From Ramlibacter sp. (GTDB lineage Bacteria > Pseudomonadota > Gammaproteobacteria > Burkholderiales > Burkholderiaceae_C), in the NCBI GenBank assembly GCA_035571715.1, contig DATNCB010000898.1:1-63977 (forward strand): DNA of 63,977 nt, given 5' to 3'. Position numbers and translations under genes: made by a program. The notes below the pieces were generated by a model. The model was not told the DNA's origin, made no database searches, and was given only the letters and a program-made list of their open reading frames with translations. Below, piece by piece: positions 38,179 to 48,347 of the stretch. Within the stretch, counting starts at the first letter, position 1; each line of letters opens with the position of its first letter.

Positions 38179-39986
38179 GCGATCTTCCCGCTGATCTGGT
38201 CCCTGTTGATGCCGCGTCGTCCCAAAAGGTCGCTGCGCTGCCACCGGATATTGTGACCGTCCCGAAAGATACCGCGCCCATCGGCCCGACCGTCGCCGCG
38301 CCCAAGAAGCCCACACTGACCTCAATCGCCGATGACGTGCTGTCCTATTCTCCGATCTACAGCCTGACGAAGAACATCGGGCCGCCGCTCTACAATACGC
38401 TCGTGGCTGACCCGGTGCGGAACCTTGCGGCCGATGTCGTCGGTGCCGTCCGGTCGCCGCCGATTAGCGAGGGTGGTCGCGAGGGGTTTTGGGAGGAACG
38501 CGACAAATCGCTTGAAGGCACGTCGGGCCTGCGGTTGCCACAGACCGAGAGCGGCGACCGGCTGGCGGCGGCGCTTGGCATCCCCGGACAGGCGATAGGT
38601 GCGGTGGCGGGCGGGATCGGCGACCTGACCGGAACCCGCGAAACGCTCGGGCCGGCCGCGACGATTGCCGGCGACGTGCTGCCGTTCGCGGGTGGTGCGG
38701 CGACGGCAATGCGGAGGCGTACGATCCCCGGTGCCAGTGCGGCGACCCCGGCGGCGGTCTCCGCCCGGTCTGCCGGGTACAGGCTGCCGCCCGAGGAAAT
38801 CAGCGAGTCCCCGAGCGCAACGTCGCGCCTGCTGTCGGGCGACTCCGGGAAGATCAAGAAAAACCAGTCGTTTTCGGTGGACAACCAGAAGAACACCAAC
38901 GCACTCGCGGCGAAAGCAGTGGGGCTGAAGCCCGGCACCATGTTGACCGAAGCGGCCTATGAAACCGCCAAGAAGCCGGCCATCGAGGCATACGATGCAG
39001 TCAAGACCGGAACCCCCGAGACGGTGCTGAGCGCGGACCCTGCGTTTCGCAGTGCGGTTGAGGGCGTCGGTATTCGAAACGCCGAGATGGAACGCGCCTT
39101 CCCCGAGGCTGTCCCGAACCCTCACGTCGCGGACCTGAAGGCGACGCTGCTGCGCAACCCCATCACCTCAACTGACGCGGTGATGAAGAAGATCGCCGAC
39201 CTGCGCGCTGATGCCGGGCGGAATTTCCGCAAGGAAAACGACCCCCAAATGCACCAGCTTGGCTTAGCTCAGCGCCAGGCGGCGAATGTCCTTGAGGACG
39301 CGATCGAGCGGTCAATTGGCTACGGCCCTGAGCGCACGGCGGCGTTCGCCAAGGTCAGCGAGGCAACGCAGGCGGTCGAGAACGCGAAGGCGGTTCTCGC
39401 CGGCCAGAGAAATGTTCAGACAATCGGCATGCCGGCCGCACAGGCGGCGCTCGCGGCGGCCGAGGCGGATTTGAAGGCGAAGATGGGGACGCTGACCCCG
39501 GCCGATACCGCCGCCGCGCAGGCGACGATCAAGAAGTTTCAGAACGCTCGCCAGTTGTTCGCCAAAATCTATGACCTTGAGGATGCGACCAATCTGGCAA
39601 ACGGCGACGTTCTCGCCCGTCGGGTTTCCGCGCTCCGCAGGACGCGGGACCGCCCCCTCACCGGCGAAATGAAGTCGATCGCGGACGCATACGATTCGTT
39701 CACCAGGAACATGCAGTCGCCGGCGGCGTTCGGCGGGGTGGAGGCTTTCAGCATACTGGACCTCGTTGCTGGCGCAACGGCGGTCGGGGCGGGGCATCCG
39801 CTGGCCGGCGGGATCATCGCGGGGCGTTATCCTGCCCGAAGCCTTCTGCGCAGCGATTGGATGCAGAACCGGATGTTCAACCGGCCGACGCACGGAGCGA
39901 ATCCGAACACGGCTGTTCCCGCTGCTGCGTTGGCGATGCCGCACGAGGACGACGGCCTATCCCGCGCCTTCGAGTATCAGCGGTGA
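38175..39986 (+). CDS. DNA transfer/ejection protein
   Basis: ARSAGYRLPP...NQKNTNALAAKA.GL...ARQLFAK..D...A...G.V.A..LTG. Confidence 0.6.
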   Translation: MSDLPADLVPVDAASSQKVAALPPDIVTVPKDTAPIGPTVAAPKKPTLTSIADDVLSYSPIYSLTKNIGPPLYNTLVADPVRNLAADVVGAVRSPPISEGGREGFWEERDKSLEGTSGLRLPQTESGDRLAAALGIPGQAIGAVAGGIGDLTGTRETLGPAATIAGDVLPFAGGAATAMRRRTIPGASAATPAAVSARSAGYRLPPEEISESPSATSRLLSGDSGKIKKNQSFSVDNQKNTNALAAKAVGLKPGTMLTEAAYETAKKPAIEAYDAVKTGTPETVLSADPAFRSAVEGVGIRNAEMERAFPEAVPNPHVADLKATLLRNPITSTDAVMKKIADLRADAGRNFRKENDPQMHQLGLAQRQAANVLEDAIERSIGYGPERTAAFAKVSEATQAVENAKAVLAGQRNVQTIGMPAAQAALAAAEADLKAKMGTLTPADTAAAQATIKKFQNARQLFAKIYDLEDATNLANGDVLARRVSALRRTRDRPLTGEMKSIADAYDSFTRNMQSPAAFGGVEAFSILDLVAGATAVGAGHPLAGGIIAGRYPARSLLRSDWMQNRMFNRPTHGANPNTAVPAAALAMPHEDDGLSRAFEYQR

Positions 39987-40322
39987 TCGACCCGAATGGG
40001 GATCGATTGGGTCGCCGGTAGACCGCCCCCGTGTGGGTTGTCTCTCACATCTGCGGCTGGCTCCGGCTTTAGGGCAGTCTCACGAAATACCTTGCGAATG
40101 CGCTTCCAAGATTTCTTTGGGAGGGGTGGCAAATCTTCGCGCCAAGAACCGCCGATCATTTGTTGGAGACCTTTCGCATCGGTGGTACAAAAGGCGCGCG
40201 GCGGCCGGCGGGGTGAGACCCCCCAACCGGCCGCTGGATACTCAGTCGTGGTAGCGACCTGAGCATCGTGTTGGTGCTATAGCACATCAAAGCGTGCCGT
40301 ACAACGCACCAATATCGCCGAT

Positions 40323-40613
40323 CGCCGCCCGCAGTACCGGCCTCCTGCCCTTGAAGGCCGGCGGAGCAAACGCACACGGGGGCGGGCACTTTTCCCGGCA
40401 ACGGGCTTTCCGACCGCTGAATTTCCAACGCCAGCTAGGATTTCGGGCAACTCCACGACGACCCTTGCCTTTCAGAGCGTCCGGCGCTTAACGGCCAAAC
40501 GGTCATAAAGCCGGGACAAGCGGGTGGCCTCCGATATCGGGCAGTGGAGCTATACCCTCGAAGCTGGTATCCTTGCCCCTCGCAAGGCAAGGATTCGGAA
40601 AGGGAAGGTGTGT
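40323..40613 (+). ncRNA. Candidate structured RNA (family unknown)
   Basis: Nested helices 40387-93/40604-10, 40406-13/40595-602, 40431-36/40562-67, 40451-56/40544-49; CCCG-GCAA-CGGG hairpin; 9-bp hairpin 40569-94. Confidence 0.5.
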
Positions 40614-40891
40614 CCGCATCACCGGAGTTCATCGCCCAGACGCTGGCCCGCGCGGAGAGGGTGAGAGGGGCGTTCCCCTCTCTTGGGCGCGCGGCATCTG
40701 TGGAACTGGTGCTCGCCCTTCAGGAAGCCGAGCCGGAGTGGGTTGTCGCCGAGAGAATTAGGGGCGTCAATGAGTCCGTGGGCAGCGGCGCTCCGTCGTT
40801 TCAAGACCTCTACAATTTATGCCGAAATGCCATCCCTTTGCCCAACGCAGACCTTCGTGACGCCGTTATGGCTGCGGCGGGTTGGCTGTGA
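40610..40891 (+). CDS. Hypothetical protein
   Basis: GTG after AAGGGAAGG; coupled to the next gene. Confidence 0.45.
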   Translation: MSASPEFIAQTLARAERVRGAFPSLGRAASVELVLALQEAEPEWVVAERIRGVNESVGSGAPSFQDLYNLCRNAIPLPNADLRDAVMAAAGWL

Positions 40892-41187
40892 CGGACCCCC
40901 TGCTCGCCCGCCTCGACAAATACGTGATTTCGCTGCTGGACGAGGCCGAGCGCCCCGATTGCGGCGATGCGCCAAAAGGTGATACACAGGAACCCTCGGA
41001 GGAAGGCCCCGGTTTGGCGCGCCCTGCGGTGTCTCTTGAGACCCGGATCGCGTTGCTGAAAAGCTGCACCCAATACATGCAGATGCGTTCTGGCAAGAAG
41101 CCGCCGGACGACGAACCCGAGGAGCCTGCCGAAATTGACGGATTCGTTACAAGACTTCGGCCCAAGAACCGAACGGGTCGCCGTTGA
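40888..41187 (+). CDS. Hypothetical protein
   Basis: GTGA-coupled. Confidence 0.55.
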   Translation: MTDPLLARLDKYVISLLDEAERPDCGDAPKGDTQEPSEEGPGLARPAVSLETRIALLKSCTQYMQMRSGKKPPDDEPEEPAEIDGFVTRLRPKNRTGRR

Positions 41188-41521
41188 GGCGATCCCCGAC
41201 CGGCCGCGCCGCCCCCCGTTGCGTGCCGTCGATCCGCCGACCGAACCTGTCCCGATAGCGGGATCACCGCCCCCGCCGCCACAGACCGTCTACGTCCCCC
41301 AAAAGCCCACCATCGGCGACCAACTGCACGCCGCGTTCGTCGCCATCGCGCGCATCCTCGCCGTGCGGTTCCAACTGCTGCTGTCGCTGATCGGTGCGTT
41401 CGTCCTCGCTGTGCTGGCGATGCAGTGGCAATCGGCGGCCGGGCTCTACGTGCTGGTCGCGTTCTGCGCCGGCGCGGTCGCGCCGCTGGTGTGGCTCGAA
41501 TTTTCCGGTCGGCGCCGCTGA
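41135..41521 (+). CDS. Membrane protein (2 TM)
   Basis: Two C-terminal hydrophobic segments. Confidence 0.6.
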   Translation: MTDSLQDFGPRTERVAVEAIPDRPRRPPLRAVDPPTEPVPIAGSPPPPPQTVYVPQKPTIGDQLHAAFVAIARILAVRFQLLLSLIGAFVLAVLAMQWQSAAGLYVLVAFCAGAVAPLVWLEFSGRRR

Positions 41522-41537
41522 AGGAGGCGATAGCCCC

Positions 41538-42194
41538 ATGAAACTCGTCGGAGCCAGCGGCCAACAGACCCGCCACCCGTTCTATGACGCCTCGGGGACG
41601 ATCGGCACCGGCGGGACGCCGCAACTGCTGTTGCCGGTCGCCAAAAGCCGCTCGATGCTGCTGGTGATGAATCTCAGCACCGCCGAGATGTTCATCGAGT
41701 TCGGCGCCGCGCGGGCGACGTGCTCGCTGACCAACGGCAAGGTAACGGGGTTCTCGATCACCAACGCGGGCTTCGGCTACACCGTGCCGCCGGTCGTCGA
41801 ACTGCTCGGCGGTGGCGACGGCGGCAACCCGTCGTATCTCGGCGTCGGCCAGGCGGGCTACCCCGCGCCGGGCGATGCGGGCAACACGTCGGGCCGGTGG
41901 ACCGACCTCTCGGGCAAAAAGCCCGCCAAGGCGCATGCGGTGCTGACCGGCGGCGCGGTGACATCGTTCGAGATCGAAGACCCCGGCGCCGGCTATGCCG
42001 CAGCGCCATACGTCTTTATGACCAACGACCTGCGAGACCCCATCGGGGCTGCGATCCCCAGCGCCACGTCGGGGATATGGGTGCTGTCGAGCGGCGGCAG
42101 CTACTACGTCAACGGCACGGCCTGCCCGACCGACCAGGTGTCGATCTTCTGCGCAACAGGCTCGACAGCCTTTGCCTGCAAGTGGATGGATTAA
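41538..42194 (+). CDS. Structural/carbohydrate-binding-like protein with GxGY modules
   Basis: AAGGAGG RBS; DASGTI..GG..Q....A..R...L..N.S. Confidence 0.6.
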   Translation: MKLVGASGQQTRHPFYDASGTIGTGGTPQLLLPVAKSRSMLLVMNLSTAEMFIEFGAARATCSLTNGKVTGFSITNAGFGYTVPPVVELLGGGDGGNPSYLGVGQAGYPAPGDAGNTSGRWTDLSGKKPAKAHAVLTGGAVTSFEIEDPGAGYAAAPYVFMTNDLRDPIGAAIPSATSGIWVLSSGGSYYVNGTACPTDQVSIFCATGSTAFACKWMD

Positions 42195-42200
42195 GCCGCC

Positions 42201-44375
42201 ATGACCAATGCCGTCTACGTGGATGGGGGGCCATCGGTAACTGGCGACAATCTCAACACGTTCCCCCAAATCTGCAATACGTTCAGCGACATGCGCGCCT
42301 TTATCGGCGTCGATGGCATGGCGGTCGTCGTCAAGGGCGGCGCCGCAGTCGGCGACGGGAACGGCGGCTGGTTTTATTGGAACTCCGCGGCGACCGCCGC
42401 TGACGACGACCTGTCCGTTATCGTCCCGAATGGGAGCGGGCCGGGCGCGTGGCTGCGCCAACCGTTTTTGATTTGGCCCCCCGCGCTGCCGTCGCTGGCA
42501 TGGTTCGGGACAATCGCGGAACTCCGAGCGGCGACGATCCCGACCACGATCTCGTTTGTCATGGTGACGGGATATTACGTCGCCGGCGACAAGGCGGCCT
42601 CGATTTATGGCTACCAGGCGACTTCCACCGCGGCCGATGACGGTGGGGCTATCATCAAGCCGACCAGCATCGACCCTGGCTCGGCGGGTCGGTGGCAGCT
42701 ATTGCCGCAGCAACAAAACCTGTACGTCGATGTCTACGGGGCGCTCGGCACCGGGCTCGATGAGCGGTCGCAGATACAGGCGGCCTTCGAGTACGCCTAT
42801 TCGAACGCACTCCGACTGTGCTTCCTCGGCAAGACGTACCGGGTGGGCGAGCACCCTGACGGCGGGTATTGCATCCGTAACCGCGGGGCCTCGTTCGTCG
42901 GGGAAACCCGCAACCTCACGGTGCTCGGGCCGCTCTCCACGGTATCCAGTTCGGCGACCCTGTTGCAAATCGTGGCCGACGCGGGCGCATATCTCGAATT
43001 TATGGAGGTCGGCGACATCATCCTGACCCCGCTCGACCAGAATGCGGCGGCGCGCTGCGGAAAAGCAATGCACATCGTCTTTGGCGGTCAGGATGGTCTG
43101 ACACAAAATTTCAACAAGTTGGACATGCACGGGGTCTATTGCCTGCCCGGCGGCCTCGATATCTCGATGAAGATCGAGAACAACCCGACCATCAACATTC
43201 AAGGAAACCCATCGAACTCGATAATCCATCACTGCGCCTTTTGGGAGGGCATCGAGCTATCCGAGGCGGGCGACAGCGTTGTCTTGGACGAAACGATCAT
43301 CCGTTCGACAATCGGGAGCGGACGCACCGGCGTCAAGGTCTACGAAGCGGACACATCCGGCAATGCCGCTCTTTTCCACATGAACGATTGCAACATCGAC
43401 GCCGATGGTGGCGCGTTTTTCATGGCGAGCGGGCGTCTGCCAAAGCTCACCAACAACAACATCGAGCAGTCGCATGGCGCCGGGACCGTCAACGGCGCGG
43501 TCGTCGATTTCGATGGGTCGAGCCAGCCGATGCCCTTCCCCGAATTGCATGGCAACCATATCGGCATTTTCGGCACGGCGACCGTCACCAAGGCTGTGCG
43601 GATCGGCCGCTGCATCGGCGCGGACATCGACGACAATACGATCAGGTCCGGCCGCGGCGATGGATCGCCAACGGGCGCGGGCATCTACATCGAGAACAAT
43701 GCTCAGTACACCAACGTCGGCATGAATGAGATCGCGGTCAGCGCGACGACGTTTACCGCCCAAGTAGTTGAGGTTGACGGTGCGACGCCGGGTGTTCCGG
43801 GCGCAGTCGCGACGATGGGTATTTTCCGGTCTCCGGTGCTGGAAAACAGTTGGGAGAACATGGACGACGTGATTACCGCCGCCAGTTGGGCCAGCACCAG
43901 CGGCGGTCAGGTCACGTACACCACCACTACCCCGCACGGCCTCGGCGTTGGCGTCGGGTTCGTGATCGGCGGAATGACGCCGACCGGCTACAACGGGGCG
44001 TTCGTGACGATTGCCGGAACGGCCGGGAGCACTCTGGTCGCGGTGATGACCACCGATCCCGGCGTGGCGACCGTCCTGGGTGTACAGGTCATCCAGCAGC
44101 ACGCCTATTTCACCCGCGCCAAGACCGGCCAGGTCACGATCGGCGGCTCGGTCAGGAACGGCACGCTCACGGACACCGTATTCGTCCTGCCGGCTGGCTA
44201 CCGGCCGCCGGGCGCGATCGTCAGCACCGTGCAGAAGGCGGCGGGGACCGCTGGCTCGGTATCAATCGACACGGCCGGCATCGTCACGGCCACTGATTTC
44301 GACGCCACCTGGACATCGCTCACGGGCATCACATTCCTCGCTACCGGGGCATCGCTGATCGACCTCGACGTGTGA
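42201..44375 (+). CDS. Tail spike / beta-helix depolymerase
   Basis: GDGNGGWFYW..DDD anchors, YGALGTG.D....IQAA pectin-lyase start, I..N.I repeats, LPAGYRPP C-terminus. Confidence 0.75.
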   Translation: MTNAVYVDGGPSVTGDNLNTFPQICNTFSDMRAFIGVDGMAVVVKGGAAVGDGNGGWFYWNSAATAADDDLSVIVPNGSGPGAWLRQPFLIWPPALPSLAWFGTIAELRAATIPTTISFVMVTGYYVAGDKAASIYGYQATSTAADDGGAIIKPTSIDPGSAGRWQLLPQQQNLYVDVYGALGTGLDERSQIQAAFEYAYSNALRLCFLGKTYRVGEHPDGGYCIRNRGASFVGETRNLTVLGPLSTVSSSATLLQIVADAGAYLEFMEVGDIILTPLDQNAAARCGKAMHIVFGGQDGLTQNFNKLDMHGVYCLPGGLDISMKIENNPTINIQGNPSNSIIHHCAFWEGIELSEAGDSVVLDETIIRSTIGSGRTGVKVYEADTSGNAALFHMNDCNIDADGGAFFMASGRLPKLTNNNIEQSHGAGTVNGAVVDFDGSSQPMPFPELHGNHIGIFGTATVTKAVRIGRCIGADIDDNTIRSGRGDGSPTGAGIYIENNAQYTNVGMNEIAVSATTFTAQVVEVDGATPGVPGAVATMGIFRSPVLENSWENMDDVITAASWASTSGGQVTYTTTTPHGLGVGVGFVIGGMTPTGYNGAFVTIAGTAGSTLVAVMTTDPGVATVLGVQVIQQHAYFTRAKTGQVTIGGSVRNGTLTDTVFVLPAGYRPPGAIVSTVQKAAGTAGSVSIDTAGIVTATDFDATWTSLTGITFLATGASLIDLDV

Positions 44376-44417
44376 TGGCCCGCGCCTTTCACCTGGGGAA
44401 ATAGAGGGGAACGTCCG

Positions 44418-45101
44418 ATGCGCGCTCTGTTCGCCGCCGTTTTTGCGTTTCTGACGCTGCTGTCCGGGGCAGCGGACGCGCAACCGACCCCCGGCGGATC
44501 GCCCGGCATTGTCAAAATATCCACCGTCACGATTACGACGCCGGCCTCATACATCGACTTCCCACTGTCAGCGCGATATTCGTACTTCAAGCTGGAATGG
44601 CACGGGCTGTTTCTGGACGCCGAGGACTATCCCATCATGGCGTTTAGTCAGAACGGCGGGGTCAGCTTTGTAAATGACCTGGTGAACCATGACAGCTACT
44701 TTGGGGGTTTGGTTGCGAAAACTATTAAACCTAGCACATCGGCAGTTGCCGATGGTGATTACACCGCAAATCAGTCAGTGATTGATCCACTCCCGTATCA
44801 AGGTGTGCAATCTGCGGTAAAGCACGGGATGACGGGAGAGTTGACCATCGTTCCTGGTACGGCGACCGATCTGGCGAAGGTTTCTGGTCCGATAAGGTCT
44901 TTTGATCTCGATGGAGCAAGTGTGTTTACGGTGACGAGCGGAGAGATTTCTGGTGGCTTCAACCCCAATGCGACGGTTGCTCCGTCCTTCACCCCGATCA
45001 CCACACTTCGGTTTTTGCCGAGCGGCACCTACAACGTCAACGCCCCGGTGGGAGGAACTATCGTGGCAGGGGTGTTTACCCTCTATGGATACTTGCCGTG
45101 A
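44418..45101 (+). CDS. Fibre-tip-like protein with signal peptide
   Basis: MRALFAAVFAFLTLLSGAADA; ends GTIVAGVFTLYG. Confidence 0.6.
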   Translation: MRALFAAVFAFLTLLSGAADAQPTPGGSPGIVKISTVTITTPASYIDFPLSARYSYFKLEWHGLFLDAEDYPIMAFSQNGGVSFVNDLVNHDSYFGGLVAKTIKPSTSAVADGDYTANQSVIDPLPYQGVQSAVKHGMTGELTIVPGTATDLAKVSGPIRSFDLDGASVFTVTSGEISGGFNPNATVAPSFTPITTLRFLPSGTYNVNAPVGGTIVAGVFTLYGYLP

Positions 45102-45445
45102 GGGCTCTCTTTCTCGCCGCCGCCATCGTTCCGACTATTAGTTTAGCAGGTAATGATGGTATCGACTACAGCGCCAACCCAGTGTCTTTTGCTGGTCTCG
45201 CGCTCGTCGTGACTATCCCTGCGAATGAGCATCGTCTCGGTGTTGAGCTTATGGTTTCTTGCGCGGCCGGGGCAATTCTTGTCCTGGATGATGCGGCGGA
45301 AAAGGGAACTCCCACGGCGTACCCGATGGCGGGGGCTTCAGCCAATGGCGCACAGGGTTCGGTGTTCACGACCGATAAGCACACCGGCCGAGTGCGGGTC
45401 TATTCGAGCAATACACAATGCGCGATACCGGCGAGGGCGTGGTGA
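45098..45445 (+). CDS. Hypothetical secreted-like protein
   Basis: Hydrophobic N-terminus; coupled. Confidence 0.5.
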   Translation: MRALFLAAAIVPTISLAGNDGIDYSANPVSFAGLALVVTIPANEHRLGVELMVSCAAGAILVLDDAAEKGTPTAYPMAGASANGAQGSVFTTDKHTGRVRVYSSNTQCAIPARAW

Positions 45446-45630
45446 ATGACAATGTTTCCTCAAAGGACGAACGGCATCCTCGTGCCCGCTTTACGAATGC
45501 CACCGTGCGCCGTATCAGGCGCCAACGGGAACAAGGACAAGGCACAACGGAACTGGCTCTTATCTTGGGCTGCTCCCGAGACACGGTTTGGCGGATCATC
45601 AGTCGTAAGAGTTATTCGGGAGTTGTTTGA
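45442..45630 (+). CDS. Small HTH protein (resembles HNH endonuclease C-terminus)
   Basis: ERHPRARFT...VRRIR...ELA..LGCSRDTVWRIISRKSY. Confidence 0.55.
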   Translation: MNDNVSSKDERHPRARFTNATVRRIRRQREQGQGTTELALILGCSRDTVWRIISRKSYSGVV

Positions 45631-45700
45631 GGCAGATGTCCGGCCGTCCGTCGGCGTGCGGGGCGGTTGAGCGATGACATCACACGGGGAAAACCCTCGG

Positions 45701-45976
45701 ATGATGGTGCGGCAGCGCGATTGGCTCGGGCACGCGATCCAAGTGCTACTGCTGCTTGCGACGATCGGGTTGCCCCTTGCGTATTGGGCGATCACCACCA
45801 ACGCGACGATGGCGCAGATACTCACCCGCTTGGAGCGCCAGGAAAAAGACATTTCGGATCAGCGCCAGGATCAGCGCGTCGTGACGCAAAATTTGGTTGA
45901 CGCCTCAAAGACCCTCGCCCGGATCGACACGCAACTTGAAATTTTCAGGGAGAACCGGGCCAATACGAAGCGATGA
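45701..45976 (+). CDS. TM plus coiled-coil protein
   Basis: One TM helix then a coiled coil. Confidence 0.55.
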   Translation: MMVRQRDWLGHAIQVLLLLATIGLPLAYWAITTNATMAQILTRLERQEKDISDQRQDQRVVTQNLVDASKTLARIDTQLEIFRENRANTKR

Positions 45977-46179
45977 GAATGCTGGCATGCTGCGTCCTGT
46001 TGTCCGTCCTGATTGCGTGCGAGCAACCCGCGCTGCCGCCAGCGAGCGCGACGCGCGCTGGATCGGAGACGGTCAAAAGAGAGCCCCCGCACAAGGAGCG
46101 ACAGAGACAGATCGACAGCATGCTGTTGGAAATCCGTCGCCTGCGTCTGCTGTTGGAGAGGAAGGATAACAGGCAATGA
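45973..46179 (+). CDS. Small putative lipoprotein
   Basis: LLSVLIAC lipobox-like. Confidence 0.5.
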   Translation: MRMLACCVLLSVLIACEQPALPPASATRAGSETVKREPPHKERQRQIDSMLLEIRRLRLLLERKDNRQ

Positions 46180-46682
46180 TCGCCGCTTGGGCCGTCTTGT
46201 TCCTGTTGATCTGCATCCCGGCAGGCGCTCAAGACCCCGTGCCGGGGCGGCCTGGCATCGGCGTTGATGCTCGTGGCGGTCAGGTGATCGACCCGACCGA
46301 GAACGTGAAGGCGCTCTCCGAAGCGGCCAACAAGCGGCAGGATGACCTGCGGACCGCCGAGGGCAAGTATCAGAACGCGATGCGGGACGCCGAGACGCGC
46401 CGGCTCAACGAGTTGGCCGCGCAGAAGCAGATTTTCGATCTGGAACTGGCGAGGGTCATCCGCGCGAACGTGGACGCATCCTCGATGCTGCTGGCGACGC
46501 AGTTGAAGGAGGTCAAGACCGACCTCTCGGAACGGACAGCAAAGTTAGAGCAATTCCGGTGGGAGAGCGGCGGGCAGAGCGGCGGGCGGGGCGACATGCT
46601 GGGGTGGATCGTCGCCGGGTTGATGCTGCTGATCGCGCTCTCGACCCTTGCCCTCAACGCGTTCAAGGGGCGGGCGCCGTGA
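46176..46682 (+). CDS. Signal peptide, coiled coil and C-terminal TM protein
   Basis: DPTENV...KRQDDLR; spanin-like topology. Confidence 0.6.
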   Translation: MIAAWAVLFLLICIPAGAQDPVPGRPGIGVDARGGQVIDPTENVKALSEAANKRQDDLRTAEGKYQNAMRDAETRRLNELAAQKQIFDLELARVIRANVDASSMLLATQLKEVKTDLSERTAKLEQFRWESGGQSGGRGDMLGWIVAGLMLLIALSTLALNAFKGRAP

Positions 46683-46924
46683 CGAACGAGCACGAGTTTG
46701 AACCGCTGAGCCAGCGTTGCGTCCACTGCGGCACCACTTCTGTCCACCATGCGCGCGTCGCTCAACCGTGCGTGCCGCAATGGGGGAAAGAGGCATTGCG
46801 GCCCGAGCCGGCGCGTCGGGAATACGCGGTGGAGGATGCTGCAACCATCTCCGCGCGGATCGCCGAGTTTCGCGCGGAACGTGATATGATCCTCAACGCG
46901 CCAGCAAAGGATGAGGCGATATGA
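46679..46924 (+). CDS. Hypothetical protein
   Basis: GTGA-coupled. Confidence 0.5.
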   Translation: MTNEHEFEPLSQRCVHCGTTSVHHARVAQPCVPQWGKEALRPEPARREYAVEDAATISARIAEFRAERDMILNAPAKDEAI

Positions 46925-47295
46925 ACCCGTCACAGGAACAGATCAACAGCGCTTGGCGCACGCTCATTACCGCGGCCGGTTCCTCGCTCGCGACATGGGC
47001 CGTCGCGAAGGGCTGGATTTCCCAGGCACAGGTGACGGCGATCTTGTCAAATGAGCAGTTTATCAGCACCGCGACGACGCTGGTGCTGATGGCCGTCGGC
47101 TCGCTCGGCGTGGCGGCATCCGGCACCTGGGGCGTCATCACGCACAAGCAGGCCAATCTGGTCGCCACGGTTGCGAAGATGCCGGAGGTCGCGAAAGTGG
47201 AGACGATGCCGACCGCCGAGGGGGTCGCGCTGGCGGATGCCGCGACCGCTGCGGCACCGATGCCGGGGGCGCTTGTGACGGTGGCGAGGCGCTAA
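46921..47295 (+). CDS. Putative holin
   Basis: SAWRTLITAAG...VAKGWI plus a second TM; GAGG RBS. Confidence 0.6.
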   Translation: MNPSQEQINSAWRTLITAAGSSLATWAVAKGWISQAQVTAILSNEQFISTATTLVLMAVGSLGVAASGTWGVITHKQANLVATVAKMPEVAKVETMPTAEGVALADAATAAAPMPGALVTVARR

Positions 47296-47372
47296 AGATG
47301 CCCGGTGATCGGCATCAGCCCCTCCAACGATCGCGACAGCGCGCCAATCAGACCCGCGCGTTGTCACGATCG

Positions 47373-47870
47373 TCAGCAGCCGGCGTCGGGCGCGGCACGA
47401 TCACGTCCGTTTCCGTCCGAAATGGATTGGCTGCGGCGGCGTCGCTGTCGCTTGGGCGCAGGGCTGGCCGCTCCATCTGCTCGCGCAGAATCTCGTCCAT
47501 CAGGCGCCGCGCTTCCGCCTTGCTGATTTTTGGCATCGGTGGCCTCCTTTGGAACTTCATCGTCCTTAGATAACGCTTCAAACACCAGATCCGCAGGTCT
47601 TGCCATCTCGAATCTGGCATAGCGGCCAAGCGCCGCCACCAGTTCCTGTTCGGCCTCATTGGCCCCGCGAACGTTCTCAAAGAGGCTTTCGGCCTCGTGT
47701 TGATCAATAACAAACGAGTGTGAAGAGTATGTTTCCGCAAGCGCCTTTAGCGTGTCTGGCTTCAGGTTCTGCGACTTGAGGGCGAGCCGCTTGCCGTACT
47801 CCGTGGCGATCCGCATCGATCGCGACCGAATGTAGTCACGAATAATCTTATAAAAGGAAAGCGTCGCACG
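47373..47870 (-). pseudogene. C-terminal fragment of an SDH/SppA-like Clp-fold protease gene
   Basis: SMRIATEYGKRLA...L...YSSHSFVIDQHEAESLFENVR; no N-terminal catalytic part. Confidence 0.55.
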
Positions 47871-48248
47871 TCCCTCAAGGTCTGGAAAAAGCAACCGCCG
47901 CGGCGCGTGGAATCGATGCTGATGTGTTTCTGTTCAATGGCGGCGTCCAGCGTGGCCGCGACCTCGACTGTAGGATCCGCGAGACGGTGTCGGCCGCCGA
48001 GCTGGCCGACATCGCGCTCTCTGAGAAGCGAATTGAGGATGCTGGCGTTCGTGCTACCTTCGTCGGTCGGTTCCTTGTCCGCCTCGATCAGATGGCGCTC
48101 CGTGGCCATGTCGAGCGGATCAAAGACGGACAGGCAGTGCGTTGGAAACTAAAGAAATAATAACGGGGTAGAATGCACGAATCCCAGCCATGCAAAAAAC
48201 GCACTTGACACACGCAAATTTAGCATTAGGTATATAGAGATGGATTTA

Positions 48249-48273
48249 AAACTTGATTAATATAATCAAGTTT
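48249..48273. promoter_or_regulatory. Perfect 11-bp inverted repeat in an AT-rich island
   Basis: AAACTTGATTA-ATA-TAATCAAGTTT; TTGACA at 48205. Confidence 0.55.
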
Positions 48274-48347
48274 AGACCCATCTCGTCACTAAAAACAAGG
48301 TCATTAGATTGACTCCGTAAGGCTATCAGGAAAGGAGTCATCATGTC

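Noticed and set aside
39977-40159. 60-aa minus-strand ORF
   Set aside because: Weak RBS and no motif; cannot be supported or excluded
39990-40615. tRNA, tmRNA or group I/II intron
   Set aside because: No T-loop cloverleaf, tag ORF or domain V motif recognised; kept only as an unknown structured RNA
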